The notes: generated from the sequence alone by a model not told the origin. Positions 53,934-64,000 are shown, counted from the first letter of the stretch. The stretch is 64,000 nucleotides of DNA from Candidatus Acidiferrales bacterium (GCA_035559995.1 DATMAM010000009.1:3855-67854); one strand, 5' to 3'. A program made the numbers and translations.

Positions 53934-55835
53934 TCAACTCCCGGCAACGCCGACACGCTCGCGGCTTGGAGCGGGCCGGGCGCGCTTTCGCTGGAGCCAG
54001 AGGACGCCGAGAAAGATCGCCAGGCTCGCGCCGGCCGCCGCAAGCTTCGGGACAAAGCCGAGCACGGTGGCCCCCGCTAGCAGCAGCCACTCGAGCGCGG
54101 TCATGCGGACCAAGAAAAAGCCCGTGCTCACGATCGAAAAGAGAACGGTGCCTAACGTCGCCGAGGCGATCGCGGCAACATTCTCGGCCGGCGTGCCGGT
54201 CAAAAGAAGATGCGTATAGGCAAAGAGCACGGGCATGACGTAAATAATCTTGGCGAAGCGAAAGCACGCCCAGCCGGTTTTCATCGGCTCGGCCTGCGCG
54301 ATCGCCGCGGCCGCGAACGGGCCGAGCGCAACCGGCGGCGTGATATTGGAATCCAGGCTCAGCCAAAAGATAATCAGATGCGCCGCGACGAGCGGCACGC
54401 CGAGCTTTAAGAGCGCGGGCACCGCGACCACCGCGACAATCAGATAGGTCGCCGTGATCGGGAGCGGCAAGCCCAGCACAAAGGTCGCGACGGCGATCAG
54501 CGCGATCGTGAGAAGCAGATTTTGGCCGGCGAGATCCACGAGTATATAAGGAAACCGTATGACGATTCCGGTCAGCGCGAGAACGCCGATGAGGATCCCG
54601 ACGGCCCCGGTCAGCGCGGCGACGAACAGCGAATTTTTACCCGCATCGACGAACGACTGCCAGATCTCGAGCCACCCCATGCGCGTCTCTTTTCGCAACC
54701 AGCTCACGACGACGGTAAAAGCGATGCCGTGGAGAACCGCTATCTGCGGCGAATAACCGGCGACGAGAATGACGATCAGCATCGCGATGGGCAGGAGCAG
54801 ATACCAGCCGCGCTTCCAGACCTCGCCGAGCCTCGGCAGCTCCTGCGCGGGCAATCCGCGCAGCCCCAATTTTCTCGATTCGAAGTACACCATCACGCCG
54901 ACGGACAAAAAATAGAGAATCCCCGGGATCGCCGCGACCGCGATAATCTCGACGTAAGGCATGCCCGTCATCTCGGCCATGACGAACGCGCCTGCGCCCA
55001 TGACCGGCGGCATGATCGCCGCGCCGGTCGAGGCGGCCGCCTCCACGGCGCCCGCGATGTGCGGCGGAAAGCCGGCGCGCCTCATGAGCGGGATCGTGAT
55101 CGCGCCCTTGGTTACGGTCTCGGCGATCGGGCTTCCGCTGATGGTTCCCATGAGCGCGCTCGAAACGACCGACGCCTGCGCGGGCCCGCCGGCGATCCGC
55201 CCCAGGCTCGCAAGCGAAATATCCACAAAAAACTTGGCGACGCCGGCGCGCTCGAGAAACGCGCCGAAGGCGACAAACGGCAGGATAAAAGACGCGAGCA
55301 CCTCGGCCATGATGCCGAAGATGCCGTCGGAGGTGAGATAAACGTACTCGACGATGCGCCGAAGCGAGTAGCCGCGATGGCCGATGACGTACGGGAGATA
55401 GTTGCCGAAAAGAGCGTAGACGATCGGGACGAGCGCGCAGAGCGCCATGTCGAGCCCGAGCACGCGCCGCGCCGCCTCGATGGCGACGGCCGTCACGATC
55501 ACTCCCATCCACACGTCGATGGTCGTGTAGGCGCCCGCCCGATAGGCCATCGCCTCGTGCTCGGCGATCCAGTAAACGACGCCGACGGTCGCGCAGGCGG
55601 CGAGCACCAGATCGATCCACGACGGCGCGTCCGCGCGATCCCCGCGCCAGGCCTTGTACAGAAACAGCGGCACGACCAGGCTGTAGAGGACGGCGATGCC
55701 GCGGAAATACTGGAGCGACACCACACCCATCGTCGAGGCCCATACATAATAAACGGCCGTGCCGCCCATCATGAGCTGCACGGCCATTGCACGGTAACCC
55801 GTCAGCGAACGGACCCGCGTCGCTCCATCAGCCAA
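53934..55835 (-). CDS. TRAP transporter fused permease subunit (TAXI-type DctQM-like)
   Basis: 633 aa with ~18 TM helices. Pattern typical of fused small+large TRAP membrane subunits partnering TAXI receptors. Confidence 0.75.
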   Translation of the reverse strand: MADGATRVRSLTGYRAMAVQLMMGGTAVYYVWASTMGVVSLQYFRGIAVLYSLVVPLFLYKAWRGDRADAPSWIDLVLAACATVGVVYWIAEHEAMAYRAGAYTTIDVWMGVIVTAVAIEAARRVLGLDMALCALVPIVYALFGNYLPYVIGHRGYSLRRIVEYVYLTSDGIFGIMAEVLASFILPFVAFGAFLERAGVAKFFVDISLASLGRIAGGPAQASVVSSALMGTISGSPIAETVTKGAITIPLMRRAGFPPHIAGAVEAAASTGAAIMPPVMGAGAFVMAEMTGMPYVEIIAVAAIPGILYFLSVGVMVYFESRKLGLRGLPAQELPRLGEVWKRGWYLLLPIAMLIVILVAGYSPQIAVLHGIAFTVVVSWLRKETRMGWLEIWQSFVDAGKNSLFVAALTGAVGILIGVLALTGIVIRFPYILVDLAGQNLLLTIALIAVATFVLGLPLPITATYLIVAVVAVPALLKLGVPLVAAHLIIFWLSLDSNITPPVALGPFAAAAIAQAEPMKTGWACFRFAKIIYVMPVLFAYTHLLLTGTPAENVAAIASATLGTVLFSIVSTGFFLVRMTALEWLLLAGATVLGFVPKLAAAGASLAIFLGVLWLQRKRARPAPSRERVGVAGS

Positions 55836-55847
55836 GGTTCTTCGCTC

Positions 55848-56654
55848 CTAGCGCGCGCGAATGCTTTCGGGGATTTGAATGCCCGCGCTTTTCCAGTGGT
55901 CCTCGGCGCCTCTGTGCAAAGGGATCGTGATGCCCTGCAGCGCTTTTTGCGGCAGCATGTCTTTGGCTCCGGCGTGAACTTTTTGCATGTGGGCGTATCC
56001 TTCCTTGCCGTAAGCCGCCGCCGTCATTTTCTGCACCAGCGGCGCCGCCACGTCCCGGTGGGCGTACCAGATCACCGGCACACCGACTGTGCTGGTGTCT
56101 TCTGTAATGCCTCTGTAGGAGTTGGCGGCAAAAACGTAGCGCGCGAAATAGGGATACTGCTTGAAGAAATCGGTTTTCGACACCGGCGTGTAGATGTCGA
56201 TGGCGCGGATCGGCTTTTTGCTCGCCGCTTCGGTGGTGACGCGATCGGGTTCGGGACCGGTCCAGAAAAACGCGTCCGCCTTGCCGTCGCTCAGCGCCTC
56301 GCCGGCTTGCGCCCCGAGGAGCGGAATGCGGTTGATCTTGTCCCAGAGCCCGAGAGCGCGAAAGACCCGCTCCGCGTTGGCAAACGTTCCCGAGCCGGGA
56401 GTGCCGACCGCCACGCGCTTGCCGGCGAGGTCTTGAACCGTGCGTATGCCGCTGTCGGCGTAGGTGATGAGATGAGCCACCCCAAAAAAGACGAGACCGA
56501 CGGCGCGCGCGTTGGTCAGCGGCTTCCCTTTGAACTGCTCAAGACCATGATAGGACTCGTGGAGATCGGAAGAGAACGAAAGCCCCATCTCGGCTTCGCC
56601 GCCGTTGACGCGGCGGATATTTTCGACCGAGCCGCCGGTCGCGGTGACCGACAC
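55848..56654 (-). CDS. TAXI-family TRAP solute-binding protein, apparently 5'-truncated (no signal peptide or first TGGTGG motif)
   Basis: ORF starts SVTATGGSVENIRRVNGGEAEMGLSF, which corresponds to about residue 60-70 of full-length TAXI proteins. The upstream frame closes at a stop about 100 nt further on with no ATG/GTG/TTG. Confidence 0.55.
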   Translation of the reverse strand: MSVTATGGSVENIRRVNGGEAEMGLSFSSDLHESYHGLEQFKGKPLTNARAVGLVFFGVAHLITYADSGIRTVQDLAGKRVAVGTPGSGTFANAERVFRALGLWDKINRIPLLGAQAGEALSDGKADAFFWTGPEPDRVTTEAASKKPIRAIDIYTPVSKTDFFKQYPYFARYVFAANSYRGITEDTSTVGVPVIWYAHRDVAAPLVQKMTAAAYGKEGYAHMQKVHAGAKDMLPQKALQGITIPLHRGAEDHWKSAGIQIPESIRAR

Positions 56655-56799
56655 GTCGCCGTCGGTTTGACGGCCGCGCTTGGCGCGGGCGGCTGAGCGG
56701 TTGCGGCAGCGGCTCCTTTCGGCTATACAGGCTGGCGCGGTTCGAACCCCTCCGGTTCAGGGTCACCTTCAAAGTATCGAGCTGGCGTAACTTGCACGA

Positions 56800-58056
56800 G
56801 TGGGTGGCCAACCCCAAATAGAATCCAGAGATCCCGGGAGTTCCCCCGTTCGGCCCTGGGCGTCCTTTCTGGTTCGCGACTTCGCGCTCTTGTGGTCTTC
56901 CAGCGCCTTGACCGCGATCGCCTCGCAACTTAGGCAGGTGGCGCAGCTCTACCAGGTCTACGAGATCTCGGGCTCTTCGTTGAAGCTCGGCCTCGCCGGC
57001 CTTCTTCACGGCCTGCCCTATGTCTTGCTAGGTCTTTTTGCGGGAACGGTCGCCGATACCTTTGACCGCAAAAAACTTATCCTCTTCACCCAGTGCCTCA
57101 ATCTCATCCCCGCTGCCGCGTTGGGACTTCTGACGATGGCCGGGGCCGTTCAAGTGTGGCATGTGTATCTTTTCGGCGTGATGTCCGCCTTCGTCCAAGT
57201 GTTCAACGGCCCCGCCCGCTCGGCGCTCGTCCCGCGCCTGGTGCCGCAATCGCACCTCATGAACGCCGTCTCGCTAAACGCTCTCATCCATCAGGCCAGC
57301 ATGCTGATCGGGCCTGCGGCGGCGGGTTTGCTGATCGACCTTCTCGGCGTGAGCTGGACGTATTTCATTTGCGGCGCCTTGTTCGTCCCGGCGGCTTTCG
57401 GCGTGATCGCGATCCGCACCTCCGGAGAGCCGCGAGGCGAACGCCGCCGCGTCAGTTTGCGCAGCATGATCGAGGGCGTGGAGTTTATCTGGGTCCAGCG
57501 CATTATCCTTTCGCTGTTCCTCCTCGATTTCGGCGTGATGCTCGTCGGCTACTACAATGCCGTCCTGCCGATCTTTGCGAGCGATGTCTTCAAAGCCGGG
57601 GCCGTCGGTCTGGGAACGCTCTATACGGCATCGGCGCTGGGCGCGCTTCTCGGGCTCGGCACGCTGCTCTTGCTCGGAGAGGTTCGGCGCAAAGGCGCCT
57701 TGGCGCTCACTTCGGCCGTTCTGTTCGCGGGAGCGCTCACGCTCCTGGGCCTGGCGCGATGGTTCTGGCTCGGCGTTCTCGCGGTCGCGGCTTTGGGGTT
57801 TTTCGACGCGATCAGCGTCTCGGTTCGCCGCACGGTGATTCAACTACTCGCGCCCGACGCCATGATGGGGCGCGCGTGGAGCCTCATGGCGGTCTTTGCC
57901 CAGCTGACAAACGGCTTGGGAGCGCTCGTCGTCGGGGCGATGGCCGCCGCCCTGGGCGCGCCGAAGGCGCTCGTCGCAAGTGGCGGGCTCTGCCTGCTTA
58001 TCGTCGTCATCATCGGCTGCGCGATCCCGCAACTTTGGCGCTACCGATCGGATTAG
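56800..58056 (+). CDS. MFS transporter (EntS-like; paralog of 39719..40999)
   Basis: 12 TM with the same family pattern (DRVDRRKL vs DTFDRKKL). GTG track start; true start uncertain. Confidence 0.7.
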   Translation: MGGQPQIESRDPGSSPVRPWASFLVRDFALLWSSSALTAIASQLRQVAQLYQVYEISGSSLKLGLAGLLHGLPYVLLGLFAGTVADTFDRKKLILFTQCLNLIPAAALGLLTMAGAVQVWHVYLFGVMSAFVQVFNGPARSALVPRLVPQSHLMNAVSLNALIHQASMLIGPAAAGLLIDLLGVSWTYFICGALFVPAAFGVIAIRTSGEPRGERRRVSLRSMIEGVEFIWVQRIILSLFLLDFGVMLVGYYNAVLPIFASDVFKAGAVGLGTLYTASALGALLGLGTLLLLGEVRRKGALALTSAVLFAGALTLLGLARWFWLGVLAVAALGFFDAISVSVRRTVIQLLAPDAMMGRAWSLMAVFAQLTNGLGALVVGAMAAALGAPKALVASGGLCLLIVVIIGCAIPQLWRYRSD

Positions 58057-58058
58057 CG

Positions 58059-59444
58059 CTAGATCGGCGGCCGCCGCCGGTACAGCTGGGCGTGCTGCTG
58101 GTAGGTGTAGGCGGCTCGCAGGATGGTCGTTTCAGCGAAGGGCTTGCCGGCAAGTTGCAAGGCGATCGGAAGCTGGTTGCGGGAAAATCCGCACGGCAGC
58201 ACGACCGTCGGCAACCCGGCCAAGTTAAACGGCGAAACGTACTCCGGGGCGAGGTGCCGGTAAAGGGTATCGAGCGGATCAAGCTCGTTCACCTTGGGAG
58301 CGGGCCCCAACTGCGCGGGCAGCGCGATCACATCGATTTTCTGAAACGCTTCGGCAAACTCCCGTTTGACTCGGCTGCGGATGCGCTGCGCCTGAATGTA
58401 GTCGGCGGAGCCGGTGAGCATGCCCAAGTAAATCCGCGCGCGTCGTTGAGTCGCGGCGGTTTTGATAAGCGCCGGTAGATCCTGCTTCTGAGCGTTAAAA
58501 TACTCATTGTAGTAGATCACCGCGTTAGCGGCCGTCGCGAGCTTGAGCGTCGGCAGGCTAACTTCTTCGATGCGCGCTCCCAGCGACTCCAACTCACGAA
58601 TCGCCTGATCGACGAGAGCGAGAACTTCGGGGTCCGTGCGCGCGCGGCACTCCTCGATGTAAGCCCGCGGCACGCCGACGACAAAGCCCCTCAGGTCTTC
58701 CCTGAGCGCGCCCCGGTAGTCCGGAACCGGCGCGCGACTGGAGGTGGGATCCTGGGGGTCGTAGCCGGCAACGGCCTGGAGCATGTCCGCTGCGTCCTCA
58801 ACCACCCAGGTCATCGGACCGCAATGGTCCAGCGACCAGCTTAAAGGCGCCAGACCGTGGCGGCTCACGCGACCGTAAGTCGGCTTGAGCCCGACCAGAC
58901 CGCAAAAAGAGGCAGGATTCCGTATCGACCCGGCGGTGTCTTCGCCGAGCGCGCCGAGGCACAGGCCCGCCGCGACGGCCGCTCCCGGACCGGTGCTTGA
59001 CCCGCCCGTCACGTGATCGGTGTTCCACGGGTTTCTCGCCTGCGGCGGATCGCTGGGAAGCCCGCTCATCGCGAGCTTGCCCAGGATGACGGCGCCCGCT
59101 TGCCGCAATTTTCTCACCGCCGTCGAATCCTCCGAAACGGCCGGCGGTCTCTTGCGGATCTCGGCCGGCGCTCCCTTCACATCGAGCTGATCTTTGACCG
59201 CCAGCGGAATGCCGTGTAGCGGTCCCTTGTAGCTCCCGCGCAGGATATCGGCTTCCGCAACCCTCGCCTCCGTCATGGCGCTGTCCGCCATGAGCTTCAC
59301 GAACGCGTGGAGCCGACCGTCCACGGCTTCGATGCGCTCCACGATCGCCCGCGTCAACTCGACCGGCGATAGCGCGCGATCGCGGATGAGTTTTTGTGCC
59401 TCATTGATCGTCAGATGAAACAAAGGCTTTTCTTGCGCGGCCAT
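58059..59444 (-). CDS. Amidase-signature family enzyme (GatA-like)
   Basis: AS signature [15 protein letters not shown]...[16 protein letters not shown] with the Lys-cisSer-Ser triad region. Start ATG 59444 with GTGAGG SD. Confidence 0.8.
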   Translation of the reverse strand: MAAQEKPLFHLTINEAQKLIRDRALSPVELTRAIVERIEAVDGRLHAFVKLMADSAMTEARVAEADILRGSYKGPLHGIPLAVKDQLDVKGAPAEIRKRPPAVSEDSTAVRKLRQAGAVILGKLAMSGLPSDPPQARNPWNTDHVTGGSSTGPGAAVAAGLCLGALGEDTAGSIRNPASFCGLVGLKPTYGRVSRHGLAPLSWSLDHCGPMTWVVEDAADMLQAVAGYDPQDPTSSRAPVPDYRGALREDLRGFVVGVPRAYIEECRARTDPEVLALVDQAIRELESLGARIEEVSLPTLKLATAANAVIYYNEYFNAQKQDLPALIKTAATQRRARIYLGMLTGSADYIQAQRIRSRVKREFAEAFQKIDVIALPAQLGPAPKVNELDPLDTLYRHLAPEYVSPFNLAGLPTVVLPCGFSRNQLPIALQLAGKPFAETTILRAAYTYQQHAQLYRRRPPI

Positions 59445-59452
59445 AAGACGCC

Positions 59453-59644
59453 TCACTTTTGGGTCCACTCGGCGTGAAAAACGGGCGCGATCTCCTCATC
59501 TTCAAGATCGATCGAATACAGCGTCTTCAGCGTCGCCACGTAGCCGTCGATGATTTTGCCAAAGCGCTCGAGATCCCCTTCTCGCGGCTCAAGCCCCGCT
59601 TCCGCGAGCAAGATAAGAAGTTTTTGCTCGGTCGATTTTTCCAT
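59453..59644 (-). CDS. GatC-like small subunit/chaperone domain protein
   Basis: KLLILLAEAGLEPREGDLERFGKIIDGYVATLKTLYSIDLEDEEIAPVFH follows the GatC pattern (hIAxLARLxLxxEExxxFxxQLxxILxYVxxLxEVDTEGVEP). Stop is 9 nt before the amidase start. Confidence 0.5.
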   Translation of the reverse strand: MEKSTEQKLLILLAEAGLEPREGDLERFGKIIDGYVATLKTLYSIDLEDEEIAPVFHAEWTQK

Positions 59645-59788
59645 CTCCCGCCTCACCTGCAAGAATTTCCGATCAGCCGGAACTTACGCGAAAGTCGCCG
59701 CGGCCGTCAAGCACGTTCGTTGACAGGACCTCGACAAACCGTCGAACCTGCCTTATCGTTTTGACGATCACGAGCACGATTTCCATCG

Positions 59789-61459
59789 ATGAAGATCGCT
59801 CTCGTTCAGCCGCCCGTTCAGGATTTTTATGACACCGACGTGCGCCTGCAGCCGATCGGGCTCTGCTATCTCAAGGCTGCGGTCAAAAAATATCTTCCAG
59901 AAACAGACGTTGTGATTAAGGATTATCACGGCGGTTTCGGCCGCAAAACGGTGCCGATTCCCGAACCCCTCCGCTACCTGACCGAGTACTACGCGGCCGC
60001 GGACAAATCTCCGTTTTCCACTTTCCACCAGTACTATCACTTCGGCCAGTCGTTCGACGTTATCGAAGCCGAGCTGGCCCAGATGAAGCCCGATCTGGTC
60101 GGAATCTCGTCGCTGTTCACGCCCTACTACCGTGAAGCGTTGGCAGTCGCAGCACGCGCGAAGAGGCGGCTTCGCATCCCGGTCGTGATGGGCGGGGCGC
60201 ACGCATCCGCGGCCCCGGCATCGCTTCTCTGCTCGCCCCACGTCGATTATGTCATCCGCGGCGAGGGCGAGCGGGCCTTCGTCGAATTGCTCCGATACTT
60301 GCAGGGACAAAGCAGGATCGAGCAGGTGCCAAATCTCGCCTACAAGAAAAACGGCCAGATCGTCTTCAATCCCGTCGCCGAGAACTTTGCCCTCGACGAG
60401 CTGCCGTTTCCCGACCTCGGGGACTTTTCGTTGTTTCCTTACCAGCTTGGCGGCAAGCCGATGACTTTCATGATCACTTCCCGCAGCTGCCCGCACAAGT
60501 GTTCCTTTTGCTCGGTCCATACGACCTTCGGCGACCAGTACAGGCTTCGCTCTCTGGAAAACGTCTTGGCCGAGATCGAGCTCCGCTACGAGCAGGGATA
60601 CCGGGTGATCGACTTCGAGGACGATAACCTCACGTTTTACAAAAGCGCGTTCAAGGAGCTTTGCCGCCGGCTGACCGCTCGCTTCCCCGCACGCGAGATG
60701 GAATTTGTCGCGATGAACGGCATCAGCTACTTGAGTCTCGACGAGGAACTCCTGGAGCTGATGTTGAGAGCGGGATTCTCGCATTTGAATCTCGCGCTCG
60801 TGAGCTCGGACAAGACGGTTCGGGAGACAACCAAACGGCCGCACACGCTCGCAGCCTATCTCAAGGTCGTCCGCAAGGCCCACGACCTCGGCTTCAAGAT
60901 CGTTTCCTACCAGATCCTCGGCTTGCCCCATGAAAGCTTAGACAGCATGATTCACACCCTGGCGTTCAACGCCCGGCTTCCCGTCCTGCTCGGGGCTTCT
61001 CTTTTTTACCTCACGCCCGACGCGCCGATCGCGCGCGGGTTTCATTTTGCCGAGGACGACTATCTCCGAGCGCGCCTGACGGCGATGGCGATCGAAGGGG
61101 AAGGCTTCCAACGGGAAGACCTCTACACTCTTTTCGTCACCACGCGGATTATTAATTTTCTCAAGCGCTTGCCGCTGCCGCAATCCGCGGATCTGACCGA
61201 CCTATTAGATCAAGCCTGGAGCGATCGGCGCACGCGCATCGGCTTTGAGCTGCTGAAGCTTCTGGCGCGCACCCAACGGCTATACTTCTGGACTCGAAAC
61301 GGGCTGGTCGAAAATGTCAAGTTTATCCCCGCAGTGTGCGCGCGCGTCCTTGCGGCCGCGGGGCAGATCGCCTGCCTAAACGGTCAGGAAATCAGCGTCG
61401 TGCGCTACGCGCGCGCTCTCCCTGGGCCTCCTTGCGGCGAGCGCGCGCTCGTCAACTAG
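59789..61459 (+). CDS. B12-binding-domain radical SAM protein (class B rSAM)
   Basis: N-terminal B12-binding Rossmann region (PDLVGISSLFTPYY...PVVMGGAHAS) and radical SAM CxxxCxxC (SRSCPHKCSFCSV). Confidence 0.8.
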   Translation: MKIALVQPPVQDFYDTDVRLQPIGLCYLKAAVKKYLPETDVVIKDYHGGFGRKTVPIPEPLRYLTEYYAAADKSPFSTFHQYYHFGQSFDVIEAELAQMKPDLVGISSLFTPYYREALAVAARAKRRLRIPVVMGGAHASAAPASLLCSPHVDYVIRGEGERAFVELLRYLQGQSRIEQVPNLAYKKNGQIVFNPVAENFALDELPFPDLGDFSLFPYQLGGKPMTFMITSRSCPHKCSFCSVHTTFGDQYRLRSLENVLAEIELRYEQGYRVIDFEDDNLTFYKSAFKELCRRLTARFPAREMEFVAMNGISYLSLDEELLELMLRAGFSHLNLALVSSDKTVRETTKRPHTLAAYLKVVRKAHDLGFKIVSYQILGLPHESLDSMIHTLAFNARLPVLLGASLFYLTPDAPIARGFHFAEDDYLRARLTAMAIEGEGFQREDLYTLFVTTRIINFLKRLPLPQSADLTDLLDQAWSDRRTRIGFELLKLLARTQRLYFWTRNGLVENVKFIPAVCARVLAAAGQIACLNGQEISVVRYARALPGPPCGERALVN

Positions 61460-61500
61460 TTCGGCCGCGAAGATCAGCGCGCGCTTTGCGAGCGTCGAAT

Positions 61501-62526
61501 TTATCCGAAGGCCGGCATCACCCGTTCGGCGAACAGGCGAATATTCTTGAGCGCCAGCTCCTGCGGCATGCCGCCGAAATGGAAGGTACCGGAGATCGTG
61601 GTCAGGCCGATCTGCTCCTGCCACCGCTGGATCGTGTCGATGCAGCGCTTGGGGTCTCCGGCAATGACAAACCCGCGCGCGAGCTGAGTTTCCGGATCGC
61701 GCACGATCAAAAATCCGCGTTCTTTGCGATCAGGGTCGGCCGCGGCGTGAACCTTTTGATAGTTCGCCAGATACGGAGCGGCCTCGGCCAGAGCTTGCCC
61801 GAGGCTTTGCGCAACATAGACGTGAAACTTCCCGAGAATTTGCACTTGCCCAGCATCGCGGCCCGTCCGGGCCAAAGCGGCGCGGTAAGAGCTCACAAAC
61901 GCCGGCAACAGATCCGGCTCCTTGTAGAGATACGGAAGCGTCATCAAATTGAATCCGTTTTCGCCCGCCCATCTAAAAGAGTCTTCGCTCCGCGCGCAGC
62001 CGACCCAGATCGGCGGATGCGGCCGCTGCATGGGCTTCGGCAGCACGTGAAGATCCTGATATTGAAAAATCTCGCCGCAGAAGTTGACCGGCTGTTCGGA
62101 CCAGGCTTGCAGGATGATCTCGGTGGCTTCCTTCATGCGCGCCGTCGCCTCCTCGGGCCGAGCCCCGAGCCGCCGGTATTCGATAAGCTCGCTGCCCTTT
62201 CCGAGGCCGAACTCCAATCGGCCGCCTGAAATGACGTCGACCATGGCGTAGGATTCCGCAACCTGGATCGGTTGATTGAGCGGCAGCACGCTGACCGCAA
62301 CTCCCAGGCGAATCCGCCTCGTGGTGCGAGCGATCGCGGAGAGAAAGACGGGCGGCTGCGGCAGCGTCCCGCCGTAATGGCCAAAGTGATGCTCCGTCAC
62401 CCAGACGTGATCGAAGCCGAGCCGGTCCAGCTCCTCGATCTGCTGAAACATTTCGCCGTAGAATTCCGCGACGGAACCGTCGAGCGCCGGAACATACGTC
62501 GGCAGGTAGTGCGCGCCAAATTTCAT
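61501..62526 (-). CDS. LLM-class flavin-dependent oxidoreductase (paralog 3)
   Basis: KFGAHYLPTY...GFDHVWVTEHH. Confidence 0.75.
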   Translation of the reverse strand: MKFGAHYLPTYVPALDGSVAEFYGEMFQQIEELDRLGFDHVWVTEHHFGHYGGTLPQPPVFLSAIARTTRRIRLGVAVSVLPLNQPIQVAESYAMVDVISGGRLEFGLGKGSELIEYRRLGARPEEATARMKEATEIILQAWSEQPVNFCGEIFQYQDLHVLPKPMQRPHPPIWVGCARSEDSFRWAGENGFNLMTLPYLYKEPDLLPAFVSSYRAALARTGRDAGQVQILGKFHVYVAQSLGQALAEAAPYLANYQKVHAAADPDRKERGFLIVRDPETQLARGFVIAGDPKRCIDTIQRWQEQIGLTTISGTFHFGGMPQELALKNIRLFAERVMPAFG

Positions 62527-62631
62527 CGTGGGTCAGTTCGTTTCTTCAGCAGGGAAAAGCGCCGTCATGTCACTCCAGAGTCCCGCCGGGAAGCGGGTGC
62601 GGCGTTGCTGGTCCGCGGCGCCCCGGGTCGC

Positions 62632-64000
62632 TCAGCTCTTGGCTTGCTGGCCGTCGACCGTCGGCATCGACAGGAGCGCCGGTCCGCCGATCGGCTCGGC
62701 CGCCGGCACCACATCGACTGCCGGCTCTGGCGCGCGCTCGCGCTTCCGCCAACTGCGGACTTTCCGGCTGGCGGCTTCGAAATAGAGATAGATCACAGGC
62801 GTGATGTACAGCGTGAGGAGCTGCGACACGATCAAGCCGCCGACGACCGCGATTCCCAGGGGGCGGCGCGATTCGGCTCCCGCGCCATGGCCCAGGGCAA
62901 TGGGCAGGGCGCCCATAATCGCCGCCATGGTCGTCATCATGATCGGTCGAAATCGAATCAAGCAGCCTTCATAGATGGCCGCGAACGGCGTTTTTTGTTC
63001 GCTCCGCTGGCCCTCGATCGCAAAATCGATCATCATGATCGCGTTTTTCTTGACGATACCGATGAGCATGATAATCCCGACGAAGCCGTAAATGTCCAGC
63101 TCCATTCCAAAGAGCATCAACGCGAGCAGCGCCCCGGCGCCCGCCGAGGGTAAGCCGGACAAAATCGTCAGCGGATGGACGAAGCTCTCGTAGAGGATTC
63201 CCAAAATCAGGTAGACGACGAGGATTGCCATCGCCAGCAGGAACCATAAGCTCTTCAGCGACTCCTCGAATTCCTTCGCCGTCCCCTGAAAGCTTGTGGT
63301 GATCGTGGCTGGGAGCGTCTCCCGCGCGAGGTGATTGACTCGCGCGACGGCGTCGCCGAGCGCGACTCCGGGTCTAAGATTGAACGAAATGGTGACCGAA
63401 GGAAGCTGTCCGGAATGGTTCACCGCCGAGGGACCGACGGATTCTTTCAGGTAGGCGACCGCGCTTAACGGAATGAGGTTGTTTCCCGCGGTCAACGCCG
63501 CCTGCGACGTGTTATTTCCCGTGTTGGTGCGAATGTAGAGCAGCGACAGCAACGAGGGATCGCGCTTGTACTTCGGGTCCAGCTCCATGATGACTTCGTA
63601 CTGATTGTTTGGCGCATTGATGGTGGATACCCGCCGCGATCCGTAGGCGCTGTAAAAAGTCTCCTCAATCTGCCGCGCAGAAACCCCCTGCGCGGTCGGG
63701 CCGAGCGTCGCCGCCTTGTCGCGATCGAAGACAATCTCGACTTGTGGATTCTTGATTTCGAGGTCGCTGCTCACGTCCTGGAAATCGGAGTCCTCGCTGA
63801 TTCTTTTCTCCAGCAATGGAGCATACCGGTAGAGCTCCTCCGCATTGGGACTTTGCAAAGTGAACTGGTACAGCGCTCGTGAGATTCGGCCACCGACGCG
63901 GATCGCGGGAGGGTTCTGCATGGAGATGCGGATTCCCGGGACCTGAGCCAGTTTCGGGCGAAGCTGCTGGATGATCTCATCCGCCGAAAGCTTGCGCTCC
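62632..64000 (-). CDS. RND efflux transporter permease (AcrB/MdtB-like), C-terminal part; gene continues beyond the window
   Basis: C-terminal periplasmic subdomain plus TM8-12 of HAE1-type RND pumps (ILGILYESFVHPLTILSGLPSAGAGALLAL...). No stop upstream to the window edge. Confidence 0.8.
   Translation of the reverse strand, partial: ERKLSADEIIQQLRPKLAQVPGIRISMQNPPAIRVGGRISRALYQFTLQSPNAEELYRYAPLLEKRISEDSDFQDVSSDLEIKNPQVEIVFDRDKAATLGPTAQGVSARQIEETFYSAYGSRRVSTINAPNNQYEVIMELDPKYKRDPSLLSLLYIRTNTGNNTSQAALTAGNNLIPLSAVAYLKESVGPSAVNHSGQLPSVTISFNLRPGVALGDAVARVNHLARETLPATITTSFQGTAKEFEESLKSLWFLLAMAILVVYLILGILYESFVHPLTILSGLPSAGAGALLALMLFGMELDIYGFVGIIMLIGIVKKNAIMMIDFAIEGQRSEQKTPFAAIYEGCLIRFRPIMMTTMAAIMGALPIALGHGAGAESRRPLGIAVVGGLIVSQLLTLYITPVIYLYFEAASRKVRSWRKRERAPEPAVDVVPAAEPIGGPALLSMPTVDGQQAKS

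Noticed and set aside
54522-56696. 724-aa plus-strand ORF opposite the TRAP permease and TAXI genes
   Set aside because: Arg/Asp/Gly/His-rich antisense artefact.

Overview
High-GC (~65-70%) chromosomal segment from a Gram-negative-type bacterium; the taxon cannot be determined from sequence alone. About 60 genes are supportable. Transport and catabolism dominate: a family-5 ABC peptide-type operon (SBP-DppB-DppC) plus a second paralogous SBP, two TctC/Bug receptors and a fused TctA/B permease, two further ABC SBPs, a TAXI-TRAP pair, two EntS-like MFS genes and a partial RND pump at the 3' edge. Catabolic genes include three amidohydrolase_2 paralogs, three LLM flavin oxidoreductases, a CoxS-L-M molybdenum hydroxylase, an alpha-only Rieske oxygenase with a bicupin and alpha/beta hydrolases, a cyclic amidohydrolase and a GatC-like/amidase pair. 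Housekeeping genes are prmA-rsmE-(RDD)-gshB, tRNA-Phe(GAA) and a translationally coupled addB-addA (AddAB-type helicase-nuclease). Many long antisense ORFs are arginine-rich high-GC artefacts and were not called. No CRISPR array, restriction-modification genes or obvious mobile element were seen. The most notable observations are two separate thiol-oxidoreductase genes, each with a single in-frame TGA at the redox-active Cys position: an AhpD-like CxxU and a glutaredoxin-fold UxxC fused to a DinB-like domain. Both are candidate selenoproteins with plausible downstream hairpins. Other points: a sigma-54 promoter driving a 48-aa signal-peptide peptide next to a minimal nucleotidyltransferase-fold gene; a frameshifted GT2 pseudogene; a TAXI binding protein lacking its signal-peptide region; an LVIVD beta-propeller gene bracketed by duplicated SBP paralogs; an alpha/beta hydrolase with Ser->Ala in its nucleophile elbow; and an orphan B12-binding radical SAM gene. 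Coordinates taken from the ORF track are exact; features I indexed by hand (hairpins, promoters, small ORF) may be off by 1-2 nt.
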